From Methylophaga frappieri (GTDB lineage Bacteria; Pseudomonadota; Gammaproteobacteria; Nitrosococcales; Methylophagaceae), in contig NC_017856.1 in the NCBI RefSeq assembly GCF_000260965.1, positions 2,310,001-2,342,000 on the forward strand: 32,000 nt of DNA, read 5' to 3'. The first letter of the stretch is position 1, and the number at the start of each line of letters is the position of its first letter. The position numbers and the translations under genes are program-made. Shown here one piece after another: positions 23,540-32,000 of the stretch. Under the pieces are notes generated by a model. The model was given only the letters and a program-made list of their open reading frames with translations, had not been told where the DNA came from and did not search any database.

Positions 23540-24835
23540 ATGTCATTTAATACAGCATTAACCGGTTTGAATGCGGCCACGGCCGATCTCAACGTGAAAT
23601 CGAATAATATCGCCAATGTGAATACCATTGGTTTCAAAGGCTCACGCGCTGAGTTTGGCGATGTGTATTCCTTATCGACATTTGGTAACAGCCAGACCGC
23701 GATTGGTAGTGGTACGGTTCTAAATAATGTCGCCCAGCAATTTAATGCCGGTAACCTGGAGTTAACCACCAATTCGCTGGATTTGGCGATTGGTGGCAGT
23801 GGTCAGGGCTTTTTTGCCTTAGCGCCAAACTTACAAGATAACAATGTGTTGTACAGCCGCGCCGGTGCCTTTATTGTCAACCGTGAAGGATTTATTACTA
23901 ATAGCTCAGGTCAATATTTGCTTGGTTTTCCTGTCAACAATGATGGCAGTGTGACCTCTACCGCATTGAGCAGTTCAAACCCGGTTAGATTGCCTGCTTC
24001 AGCAGGGTCACCACAGGCAACGACGGATGTGGAATTAGCTACCAACCTGCCGTCAACGGCAACGGGTATCGATCCGTTGGTGACGCCTATTGATCCCAAC
24101 GATCCGCTGACCTACACCAATTCAACTTCAACCACGATTTATGACTCGCTTGGTAATGAAAATAATCTGACCTATTACTATCAGAAAACCAATGTGCCCA
24201 ATGAGTGGAATGTGCAGGTTTATATCAATGATCCACCCGGTACTCCCACCTTGCTGGAGTTTGATGACGGAGTCGGTGGCACAGTCAATACCAAAACCTT
24301 AACTTTTGATCCGGCAACGGGCGGACAGTTGGATGCCGGTGTCAGTCCTACCGAAACTTATACCCACACGGGGTTGAGCAGCGGGGCGGTCGACTTGGAG
24401 TTTGTTTTGGATTTTAGTGGAACAACTCAAAATTCAGGGGCATTTACGGTACTGGATACCGATCAGAATGGGTTTGCCACAGGTCGATTAACTGGGCTCG
24501 ATATCAATGAAAATGGTTTGGTGCAGGCAGAGTATTCCAATGGTCAAACCGTCAGTATCGCCAAGATTGTTTTGGCAGATTTTCCTAATCCGCAAGGTTT
24601 AAAACAAATTGGTAATACCGCCTGGGAAGCGACCCAGGATTCGGGTGAAGTTCGGATTGGTGAAGCCGGTACCGGAAGTTTTGGTCAGATTCAGTCGGGG
24701 GCGTTAGAAACCTCAAATGTGGATCTCACGAAAGAATTGGTCGGTCTGATTACTGCACAGCGAAATTTTCAGGCCAACTCCAAATCGATAGAAACCAACA
24801 ACGCCATTACACAAACGATTATCAACTTGCGATAA
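23540..24835 (+). CDS. flgE: Flagellar hook protein FlgE
   Basis: MSFNTALTGLNAATADLNVKSNNIANVNTIGFK...ALETSNVDLTKELVGLITAQRNFQANSKSIETNNAITQTIINLR. RBS AAGGAG. Confidence 0.92.
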   Translation: MSFNTALTGLNAATADLNVKSNNIANVNTIGFKGSRAEFGDVYSLSTFGNSQTAIGSGTVLNNVAQQFNAGNLELTTNSLDLAIGGSGQGFFALAPNLQDNNVLYSRAGAFIVNREGFITNSSGQYLLGFPVNNDGSVTSTALSSSNPVRLPASAGSPQATTDVELATNLPSTATGIDPLVTPIDPNDPLTYTNSTSTTIYDSLGNENNLTYYYQKTNVPNEWNVQVYINDPPGTPTLLEFDDGVGGTVNTKTLTFDPATGGQLDAGVSPTETYTHTGLSSGAVDLEFVLDFSGTTQNSGAFTVLDTDQNGFATGRLTGLDINENGLVQAEYSNGQTVSIAKIVLADFPNPQGLKQIGNTAWEATQDSGEVRIGEAGTGSFGQIQSGALETSNVDLTKELVGLITAQRNFQANSKSIETNNAITQTIINLR

Positions 24836-24860
24836 CGGTTAGTGGGGAGCAATACAGTCT

Positions 24861-25604
24861 ATGGATAATATGATTTATCTGGCCATGAACGGCGCGCAGC
24901 AAATCATGCTGGCGCAAGCGGCAAATGCCAATAATCTGGCCAACGTCAATACCACCGGATTCCGCCAGGATTTTGAGCAATTTCGGGCGATGCCGGTTTT
25001 CGGTGAAGGCTTGCCGAGTCGTGTTTATGCCATGACTGAAAGACCACAGACGGATTATCAGCAGGGCTCAATGATTTCGACCGGTAGAGAGCTGGATATT
25101 TCGGTACAAGGCGAAGGCTTTATTGCCGTGCTGGGTAAAGATGGTCGCGAAGGCTATACCCGGGCTGGTGATTTGCAAATCAATGAAAACGGTCAATTGT
25201 TAACTGGAACCGGCTTGCCAGTTATGGGGGATGGTGGTCCGATTGCGATCCCGCCGGCAGAAAAAGTTGAAATTGGTAGTGATGGCACGATTTCAATCCG
25301 ACCAATCGGCAGTCCTGAAAGTGATTTGGCGATTCTGGACCGGATTAAACTGGTCAGGCCAGACTTGAATGACGTGTTTAAAGACAATGATGGCTTGATG
25401 CGGCTTAAAAATGGCGGAGAAGCCCCCTTAGATGCCACCGTTACCGTGGCATCCGGCACATTGGAAAGCAGTAATGTGAATGCCGTCAGTGCTTTGGTCA
25501 ATATGATCGAGCTACAAAGACAGTACGAAATGCAGATAAAAATGATGGCGACCGCCGATGAAACTGGTGCCGCATCAGCAAGATTGTTACAACTCGGCGC
25601 GTAA
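24861..25604 (+). CDS. flgF: Flagellar proximal rod protein FlgF
   Basis: [35 protein letters not shown]...LESSNVNAVSALVNMIELQRQYEMQIKMM. Confidence 0.9.
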   Translation: MDNMIYLAMNGAQQIMLAQAANANNLANVNTTGFRQDFEQFRAMPVFGEGLPSRVYAMTERPQTDYQQGSMISTGRELDISVQGEGFIAVLGKDGREGYTRAGDLQINENGQLLTGTGLPVMGDGGPIAIPPAEKVEIGSDGTISIRPIGSPESDLAILDRIKLVRPDLNDVFKDNDGLMRLKNGGEAPLDATVTVASGTLESSNVNAVSALVNMIELQRQYEMQIKMMATADETGAASARLLQLGA

Positions 25605-25644
25605 TCCATTTATTTAGCGCTATTTATATTTCAGGAGTCACACC

Positions 25645-26430
25645 ATGAACCAAGCCTTGTGGATTGCCAAAACTGGTCTGGATGCACAACAAACCCGGAT
25701 GTCGGTTATTTCCAATAATCTGGCGAATGTGAACACCACCGGCTTCAAACAAGATCGGGCCGTATTTGAAGATTTGCTCTATCAAACCATACGTCAGCCG
25801 GGGGCGCAGTCTTCAGTCGATACCCAATTGCCATCCGGTTTAATGATCGGTACCGGTGTGCGCACCGTGGCGACTGAAAAACAACATTCGATGGGGAATA
25901 TTATTCAAACCGAAAACGCCTTGGATATTGCGATTCAGGGACGTGGTTTTTTTCAGATCCTGATGCCAGATGGGGAAATCGCCTACACTCGCGATGGCAC
26001 TTTCCAGCGTAATCAGGACGGTGACATGGTGATGTCAAACGGCTACTTATTGGAGCCAGCCATTAATATTCCGGAAGATGTGCAATCGATTACCGTGGGT
26101 ATTGATGGGACGGTCAGTGTGACGGTGCCCGGCGATAGTAATCCGGTTATCGTCGGTGAAATTGAGCTGGCTGATTTTGTCAATCCGACTGGGCTGCAAC
26201 CGGTCGGTGAAAATCTGTTTCGTGAAACAGCGGCCAGTGGCGTGCCGGTTGCTGGTGTGCCGGGGCTTGATGGGTTTGGTACGACTATCGGGGGGGCGTT
26301 AGAAACCTCCAACGTCAATGTGGTGACGGAACTCATCAATATGATTGAAACGCAACGTGCTTACGAAATGAATTCAAAAGCCATTTCCACTGCCGACCAA
26401 ATGCTGCAATACGCCAGTCAGAATCTCTAA
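25645..26430 (+). CDS. flgG: Flagellar distal rod protein FlgG
   Basis: [35 protein letters not shown]...[44 protein letters not shown]. Confidence 0.93.
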   Translation: MNQALWIAKTGLDAQQTRMSVISNNLANVNTTGFKQDRAVFEDLLYQTIRQPGAQSSVDTQLPSGLMIGTGVRTVATEKQHSMGNIIQTENALDIAIQGRGFFQILMPDGEIAYTRDGTFQRNQDGDMVMSNGYLLEPAINIPEDVQSITVGIDGTVSVTVPGDSNPVIVGEIELADFVNPTGLQPVGENLFRETAASGVPVAGVPGLDGFGTTIGGALETSNVNVVTELINMIETQRAYEMNSKAISTADQMLQYASQNL

Positions 26431-26446
26431 TTGAAGTTGTACTCCA

Positions 26447-26490
26447 GCCGGTAAAGATTGCCTAGCGGCAATTTTTACCGGCTTTTTTTT
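26447..26490 (+). terminator. Rho-independent terminator after flgG
   Basis: GCCGGTAAA (26447-26455) pairs with TTTACCGGC (26474-26482). An inner ATTGCC/GGCAAT pairing extends the stem, and T8 follows (26483-26490). Confidence 0.8.
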
Positions 26491-26552
26491 GATTTCTCAT
26501 TTGCCTGCCAGATGTGGTGCTGAGCGATAGTTAAAACGGCATCTCAGAGATT

Positions 26553-26568
26553 TGGCACAAAGTCTGCT
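26553..26568 (+). promoter_or_regulatory. Sigma54 (-24/-12) promoter upstream of flgH
   Basis: TGGCACAAAGTCTGCT has the same GG-N10-GC geometry and the same CTGCT -12 element as the flgB promoter. The GC lies 35 nt before the flgH ATG (26602). Confidence 0.65.
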
Positions 26569-26601
26569 TTGTAGATGTTAGCGATGTGATTGGAGCAGGC
26601 A

Positions 26602-27312
26602 ATGAACACAATTTTTTCCCGGACTGGTTTGTTATTCAGCATTTTATTGCTGGCTGCCTGCGCCAACGATTTGCCGAAACGAGACCCTGCCTTTGCGGCG
26701 GTACGGCCAGTGGCAACGCCGGTGCCTGAGCGGTCTGATGGGGCTATTTTTAATCCGCAAACCAACATCACTTTGTATGAGGATTACAAGGCGGGTCGCG
26801 TCGGCGATATTTTGACGGTAAGACTGGAAGAACAAACGGATGCTGAGAAAGAGACAGAAACCACCATCAGCAAACAAAACGGCTACGCCATGCAAAACCC
26901 GACCGTATTCGGCACAACGCCGCAGTTTAATTTACCGGGCGCCTTACCGCTCGCCAGTACGACTGACAATAATCTAGCCTTCAACCTGAATTCAAACAGT
27001 GATTTTGAAGGGGAAGGTGAAAGCGAGCAAAACAACTTCCTGAGTGGCAATGTCACCGTTTCGGTTGTCGAAGTATTAGCAAACGGTAATTTGCTGGTGC
27101 GCGGTGAAAAAATTGTCACTATCAATCAGGGCAATGAATATCTGCGTTTATCCGGCATTGTCAGCCCACGAGATATTGATGCCGATAATACCGTGTCCTC
27201 AATCCGTATTGCCGATGCCCAAATTGCTTATACCGGTGATGGGGCAACCGGTGATGCCAATGTGATGGGCTGGTTGAGCCGATTCTTCGCCAGTTCCCTG
27301 ATGCCTTTCTAA
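26602..27312 (+). CDS. flgH: Flagellar L-ring lipoprotein FlgH
   Basis: MNTIFSRTGLLFSILLLAAC is a lipobox ending in Cys, followed by ..LYEDYKAGRVGDILTVRLEE... Start set at ATG 26602 with GGAG 6 nt upstream. The track start at 26590 is a TTG. Confidence 0.9.
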   Translation: MNTIFSRTGLLFSILLLAACANDLPKRDPAFAAVRPVATPVPERSDGAIFNPQTNITLYEDYKAGRVGDILTVRLEEQTDAEKETETTISKQNGYAMQNPTVFGTTPQFNLPGALPLASTTDNNLAFNLNSNSDFEGEGESEQNNFLSGNVTVSVVEVLANGNLLVRGEKIVTINQGNEYLRLSGIVSPRDIDADNTVSSIRIADAQIAYTGDGATGDANVMGWLSRFFASSLMPF

Positions 27313-27324
27313 GAGATGTGAAAC

Positions 27325-28422
27325 ATGAGAAAAATACTGGTATCCCTATTGGTTTATTGTTTGTTTTCCGGCACCGCGTTGGCTGAACGGGTTAAGGATT
27401 TGACGTCTATTGCGGGAGTAAGGGCTAACCAATTGGTCGGCTACGGATTGGTTGTGGGCTTGACTGGCACCGGTGACAAAACGCAGTTTTTAGCTTCGGG
27501 GCAAACACTTCGAAGTATGTTACGCGAGTTGGGTGTGACGTTACCGCCAGGCGTCAATCCGAAGAGTAAAAATATTGCCGCGGTCACTGTCCATGCCGAT
27601 TTACCCCCATTTGCCAAGCCGGGACAAACCATCGATATCACCGTGTCATCACTAGGTGATGCCACCAGTTTACGTGGCGGTAGTTTAATTATGACGCCGC
27701 TAAAAGGGGCTGACGGACAAATTTACGCGATGGCACAGGGCAATTTGGTGGTTGGTGGTTTTGGTGCCGAGGCTGGCGATGGATCGCGCGTCACCGTCAA
27801 TGTGCCAAGCGCCGGGCGCATTCCAAATGGCGCCACCGTTGAACGTACCGTCAATAATGCCCTTAATATGGGGGATCACATTGTTTTAAATTTACACCAA
27901 GCTGATTTCACGACGGCGAGCAGACTGACTGATGCGATTAATCAGACCCTTGGAACCGGCACAGCGTATTCGCTGGATGGCAGTTCGGTTCGGGTAAGTG
28001 CACCACGCAATCCTTCGCAGCGTATTCCTTTTTTATCGATTGTTGAAAATATTGAGTTAACGCCGGCCGAGGCTGCCGCTAAAGTCGTGGTGAATTCACG
28101 CAGTGGTACCGTGGTGATTGGTCAAAATGTTCGTGTCAGCCCCGCGGCAGTCACGCATGGCAGTTTATCCGTCACCATCTCGGCTGATCCGCAAGTCAGC
28201 CAACCGAATGCTTTGTCGCAAGGGCAGACGGTGGTGACGCCCAATTTTGATATTGAAATTTCTGAAGAAGATAGCCGGATGTTTTTGTTTAATCCGGGCG
28301 TGACATTGGATGAGATTGTACGGGCGGTAAATCAAGTCGGCGCCGCGCCAGGCGACTTGGTGGCAATATTGGAAGCACTGAAACAGGCGGGTGCCTTGCG
28401 TGCTGAATTGGTGGTGATCTGA
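27325..28422 (+). CDS. flgI: Flagellar P-ring protein FlgI
   Basis: Signal peptide [20 protein letters not shown] followed by [31 protein letters not shown]...[14 protein letters not shown]. Confidence 0.93.
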   Translation: MRKILVSLLVYCLFSGTALAERVKDLTSIAGVRANQLVGYGLVVGLTGTGDKTQFLASGQTLRSMLRELGVTLPPGVNPKSKNIAAVTVHADLPPFAKPGQTIDITVSSLGDATSLRGGSLIMTPLKGADGQIYAMAQGNLVVGGFGAEAGDGSRVTVNVPSAGRIPNGATVERTVNNALNMGDHIVLNLHQADFTTASRLTDAINQTLGTGTAYSLDGSSVRVSAPRNPSQRIPFLSIVENIELTPAEAAAKVVVNSRSGTVVIGQNVRVSPAAVTHGSLSVTISADPQVSQPNALSQGQTVVTPNFDIEISEEDSRMFLFNPGVTLDEIVRAVNQVGAAPGDLVAILEALKQAGALRAELVVI

Positions 28423-29429
28423 TGACGATGGCAACCACGCGCCATACGACGCTTGATTTTCAAGGTTTAAATCAACTGCGGGCTGCGGCAAATGAGACGG
28501 CACCCGCGGATCAGACCTTACGTCAGGTGGCCGCTCAATTCGAGTCGTTGTTTGTCGGCATCATGTTGAAAAGTATGCGTCAGGCGCAGCTTGCCGATGG
28601 CATTTTTGATTCACAACATAGCAATACTTATCGCGAAATGGCGGACCAACAATTGGCGATGGATTTGTCTGCCAGCGGCGGGTTGGGTTTGCAGGATATG
28701 ATTCTGCGTCAACTGGGTGGTGAGATGGCCGGAACCGGCTCAGCACTTGGTGGGCAAACGTTTAGCGCCGACAGTATTCAAACCAGAAGCGTGTTACCAC
28801 GATTACTGGATCGGGTGAAAGAGTTGAACGCGGTTGCCACACAACCTGAATCGGATTCAACTCAATCTCTCAATGAGGAAGCAAGTCGGCATCCAAACGA
28901 TACCTTGCCGACACACTTTTCGACGCCTGCGGAATTTGTTCGTCATTTATGGCCACTGGCTGAACAAGCTGCTGCTGAGATTGGTGCCGCACCTGAAGCA
29001 ATCATGGCACAGGCTGCCTTAGAAACCGGCTGGGGCAAACATATTTTATCGGATCGGCAAGGTAGCAGTTTTAATCTGTTCAACATTAAAGCCGATAGTC
29101 GCTGGCAAGGTGAGTCGACGGGTAAAAATGTACTCGAATTTATTAACGGGCGGCCAGTGCAACAAGCATCGGCATTCCGTCGTTATGACAACTTTGCCGA
29201 TAGTTTTGCGGATTATGTCGATTTTCTGCAGCAAAACCCACGTTATCAGAGCGCATTAAACCATGCCGACAATCCACACCAGTTTGTTGAGAAGCTGCAT
29301 CAGGCGGGTTATGCCACGGACCCGCAATACGCCAGCAAACTGAAACGCATCATGCAAGGTGACACGTTAGCCCAATCCGTTGAGGCAAGTGACTTTATGC
29401 GTGTTACTCAGTCAATAAGGAACAACTAA
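28422..29429 (+). CDS. flgJ: Flagellar rod-assembly protein / peptidoglycan hydrolase FlgJ
   Basis: The N-terminal rod-binding region is ..QVAAQFESLFVGIMLKSMRQA... The C-terminal glucosaminidase-like region is ..AALETGWGKH..FNLFNIKA..FRRYDNFADSFADYVDFL..AGYATDPQYASKL. The start overlaps the flgI stop (TGATG). Confidence 0.9.
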   Translation: MTMATTRHTTLDFQGLNQLRAAANETAPADQTLRQVAAQFESLFVGIMLKSMRQAQLADGIFDSQHSNTYREMADQQLAMDLSASGGLGLQDMILRQLGGEMAGTGSALGGQTFSADSIQTRSVLPRLLDRVKELNAVATQPESDSTQSLNEEASRHPNDTLPTHFSTPAEFVRHLWPLAEQAAAEIGAAPEAIMAQAALETGWGKHILSDRQGSSFNLFNIKADSRWQGESTGKNVLEFINGRPVQQASAFRRYDNFADSFADYVDFLQQNPRYQSALNHADNPHQFVEKLHQAGYATDPQYASKLKRIMQGDTLAQSVEASDFMRVTQSIRNN

Positions 29430-29430
29430 G

Positions 29431-31161
29431 ATGAGTCTGCTGAATATCGGAACATCTGGACTGCTCGCCTCCCAAGGTGCCTTAAAAACGACCAGTCATA
29501 ATATTAGTAACATCAATACGGAAGGCTATAACCGGCAGCGTGTGAATCAGGTCACGTTACCAGCCAATTTCACGGGCAGTTATTATTTTGGTAACGGCAC
29601 GGCAATCAATAATATCGAACGCCTGTTTGATCAATTCTTAACGCAGCAGATCCGCTCGACAACCTCGCAAGAGCAGAGTCTGGCAGTGTTTACCGAGTTT
29701 TCTGGACAAATTGACGATATTCTCGGTTCAGAAGAATTATCGTTGAATGCCGGGTTCGATAGTTTTTTCAATGCCATGCAAGCGGTAGCCGATGATCCCA
29801 CTTCCATAGCCGCTCGGGAGGTATTACTGACCGAAGCAGAAATTCTGGCTAGCCGTTTTAATACGCTGGATAGTCAGTTATCCGGATTTAACCAGCAAAT
29901 TAATCAAAACCTTGAAGCGAATGTCCGTGAAATTAATCGATTGACAGCAAATATTGCGGAATTAAACCGGGCGATTGTCGATGCTTCCAATAGTGGTTCA
30001 TCGACCGGTCTGCCCAACGATTTATTAGATCAACGCGATAAATTACTGACCGATTTATCCAAGTTGGTATCAGTGAATACGGTGGAGCAAGATAACGGCT
30101 CGTTGAGTGTTTTCATTGGCAATGGCCAATCGGTGGTGCAGGGATATTCAAACATTACCTTAAGCACCTTGCCAGATCCGACCGACAGCACACGCCTCAT
30201 TGTGGCTTATGGGCCAAATAATATTGATGTCAGTGCGCAAATCAGTGGCGGCCGCTTAGGGGGATTACTGACGGTTCGCGGTAATGTGATTGATAAAGTG
30301 CGTAGTGAGATTGATGCACTGGCGGTCGGTTTTACGCAAACCATGAATGCCCAGCATACCGCCGGTTTAACGCTGAGTGGTGCCGCCGGTGGCAATTTAT
30401 TTGAACCTTCGGATCCGCTTGGCACGCCGCCAGCCAATGCGGCCAATATTCGTGTCGCGATAAGCAACCCTCGTGATCTTGCTGTTGCCTTTCCGGTTGC
30501 GGTTCAAACAACGGCAACAAATGCCGGTACTGGAGCGGTCAGCATTGCCGTTGTTGATGGCAGCGATCCGGCTTTTAATGCGGCGAGCGCGTTGACCGGC
30601 AATGCATTACTGACCTTTGATGCCACCACCAACGAGTATACGGTGGATTACAACGGGGAAACGGTCACTTTCACTTATAACCCGGTTACGGATAGCGGAC
30701 GTGAGTTCGATTTAAATGCGCTGGGGCTCACCTCAGAATTACCGCTGACTATCGTTTTACAAGGCGTACCGGAAACGGGTGATAGCTTTTCGATTGGCAA
30801 TAACTTTACGGGCGGCAACTTTACCGCAACCGGCGATAACCGCAATGCGCTAGCGATGGCGCGCTTACAGGTACAAAAAACATTGGATCCAGGTGCGACG
30901 GGGTCGCCAACAGATAGTTTTAACGATATTTACGGCAATCTGCTGGCAGATATTGCCACCAGAACACAACAAGCTGAAAGCAACCAACAAACACAAAAAG
31001 GGCTTTTGGAACAAACGATTGCCCGAGCGCAGTCCGTTTCCGGCGTTAACCTTGATGAAGAAGCCGCCAATCTCATCAAATTTCAACAGTCTTATCAGGC
31101 GGCAGCCCAAGTGATTTCTGTGTCAAATACCATCTTCGACACGCTGATCAATTCTATATAG
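29431..31161 (+). CDS. flgK: Flagellar hook-associated protein 1 FlgK
   Basis: MSLLNIGTSGLLASQGALKTTSHNISNINTEGYNRQ...VSGVNLDEEAANLIKFQQSYQAAAQVISVSNTIFDTLINSI. Confidence 0.92.
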   Translation: MSLLNIGTSGLLASQGALKTTSHNISNINTEGYNRQRVNQVTLPANFTGSYYFGNGTAINNIERLFDQFLTQQIRSTTSQEQSLAVFTEFSGQIDDILGSEELSLNAGFDSFFNAMQAVADDPTSIAAREVLLTEAEILASRFNTLDSQLSGFNQQINQNLEANVREINRLTANIAELNRAIVDASNSGSSTGLPNDLLDQRDKLLTDLSKLVSVNTVEQDNGSLSVFIGNGQSVVQGYSNITLSTLPDPTDSTRLIVAYGPNNIDVSAQISGGRLGGLLTVRGNVIDKVRSEIDALAVGFTQTMNAQHTAGLTLSGAAGGNLFEPSDPLGTPPANAANIRVAISNPRDLAVAFPVAVQTTATNAGTGAVSIAVVDGSDPAFNAASALTGNALLTFDATTNEYTVDYNGETVTFTYNPVTDSGREFDLNALGLTSELPLTIVLQGVPETGDSFSIGNNFTGGNFTATGDNRNALAMARLQVQKTLDPGATGSPTDSFNDIYGNLLADIATRTQQAESNQQTQKGLLEQTIARAQSVSGVNLDEEAANLIKFQQSYQAAAQVISVSNTIFDTLINSI

Positions 31162-31170
31162 GAGACGCTG

Positions 31171-32000
31171 ATGCGTATCTCAACCACCCAGATTTTTGAT
31201 CAGAATTTATCCGCTATGTTGGAGCAGCAGGCCAATTTGGCAAAAACCCAGAATCAGGTTTCTTCCGGCAAACGAATCACCCGACCTTCAGATGATCCCG
31301 TTGGCGCTGTAAGAGCGTTAAACCTGCAACGCGAACTGAATATTACGGAACAATATCTGGCAAATGCGACTATCGCGACGAATAAATTACAAAGTGAAGA
31401 ATCCTCGCTGAAAAGTGCTGCCGATATTTTGCAGCGCGTTCGCGAGTTGGCTGTGCAGGGCTTAAACGACAGTAACACTCAAGATGATCGTAAAGCCATT
31501 GCTGTCGAAATCAGACAGTTAAATCAACAATTATTGTCTCTGGCCAATGGCCGAGATAGTAATGGTGATTTTGTGTTCGCGGGCTTTGCGAATAGCACGC
31601 AACCTTATGACGGTATTTTTGGCAGCTATCAAGGTGACGAAGGACAACGGAATTTACAAATCAGCACTGGCGTGACCGTGGCCACCAATGATCCGGGCTC
31701 GGCTGTGTTTGAAACGCCGGTTGCGGATACGCGAATTGATCTCGCTGGGGTCACGGGGGCGATAACCGTGGATATTGTGGGAGACAGTAATGTGGATAGT
31801 ACGTTTGCCCCACTGACATTTGGCTTTGCCGAAGATCTGCTGAATCCCGGCACTTTTGATCTGACAATAACGGACACCGATGGCAATACGGTGACCTTGC
31901 CCTACCAGGCAGGTGACACCTTGGACCTCACCGAACTAAATGGTGAGTTTCCAAATTTATCACTCCGGCTTGATGGCGCCCCCAATGATGGTGACGCACT
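31171..32000 (+). CDS. flgL: Flagellar hook-associated protein 3 FlgL, 3'-partial (runs off window)
   Basis: Not in the ORF track because no stop is reached. RBS GGAG, then ATG 31171, then MRISTTQIFDQNLSAMLEQQANLAKTQNQVSSGKRITRPSDDPVGAVRALNLQREL... My partial reading found no stop up to the window end. Confidence 0.85.
   Translation, partial: MRISTTQIFDQNLSAMLEQQANLAKTQNQVSSGKRITRPSDDPVGAVRALNLQRELNITEQYLANATIATNKLQSEESSLKSAADILQRVRELAVQGLNDSNTQDDRKAIAVEIRQLNQQLLSLANGRDSNGDFVFAGFANSTQPYDGIFGSYQGDEGQRNLQISTGVTVATNDPGSAVFETPVADTRIDLAGVTGAITVDIVGDSNVDSTFAPLTFGFAEDLLNPGTFDLTITDTDGNTVTLPYQAGDTLDLTELNGEFPNLSLRLDGAPNDGDA

Noticed and set aside
27181-27188. GCCGATAA (sigma28 -10-like) inside flgH
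   Set aside because: There is no TAAA -35 element at the required 15-nt spacing, and it is located in the middle of a CDS.

Overview
This 32-kb window looks like it comes from a polar-flagellated gammaproteobacterium. That is an inference from a Pseudomonas-type fimU-pilVWXY1Y2E operon and sigma54-type flg promoters. No rRNA, tRNA, CRISPR array or mobile element was seen. Layout: (1) 1..12509 (+) is the 3' 12.5 kb of a giant Cys-free LapA/RTX-type T1SS adhesin whose 5' end lies outside the window. It carries a retention-module remnant, a TAAG LapG-type site, a perfect (TPEP)20 tract, three ~1.65-kb super-repeats with lectin-like jelly-roll modules, a DUF4114-like module, VCBS/cadherin-like modules, a vWA domain, RTX repeats and a T1SS C-terminal target domain. 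A strong intrinsic terminator follows. (2) 12595..13491 (+) encodes a cytoplasmic glycosyltransferase whose motifs match the Skp1-hydroxyproline/mucin-Thr GlcNAc-transferase family (PF11397/GT60-like). (3) 13554..14747 (+) is an RTX-repeat + DUF4214 gene with a strong RBS, interrupted by one in-frame TAA. (4) 14791..21755 (-) is a complete type IV pilus minor-pilin/PilY1 operon (fimU-pilV-pilW-pilX-pilY1-pilY2-like-pilE), tightly translationally coupled. (5) 22012..32000 (+) holds flagellar rod/hook/ring/junction genes flgBCDEFG and flgHIJKL(partial), each block preceded by a near-consensus sigma54 -24/-12 promoter. The lead hypothesis is that the GT60-like enzyme next to an adhesin with 20 T-P-E sites forms an undescribed cytoplasmic O-GlcNAc-type modification system for a T1SS adhesin. 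This is inference only: all family assignments come from reading motifs, and no searches were run.
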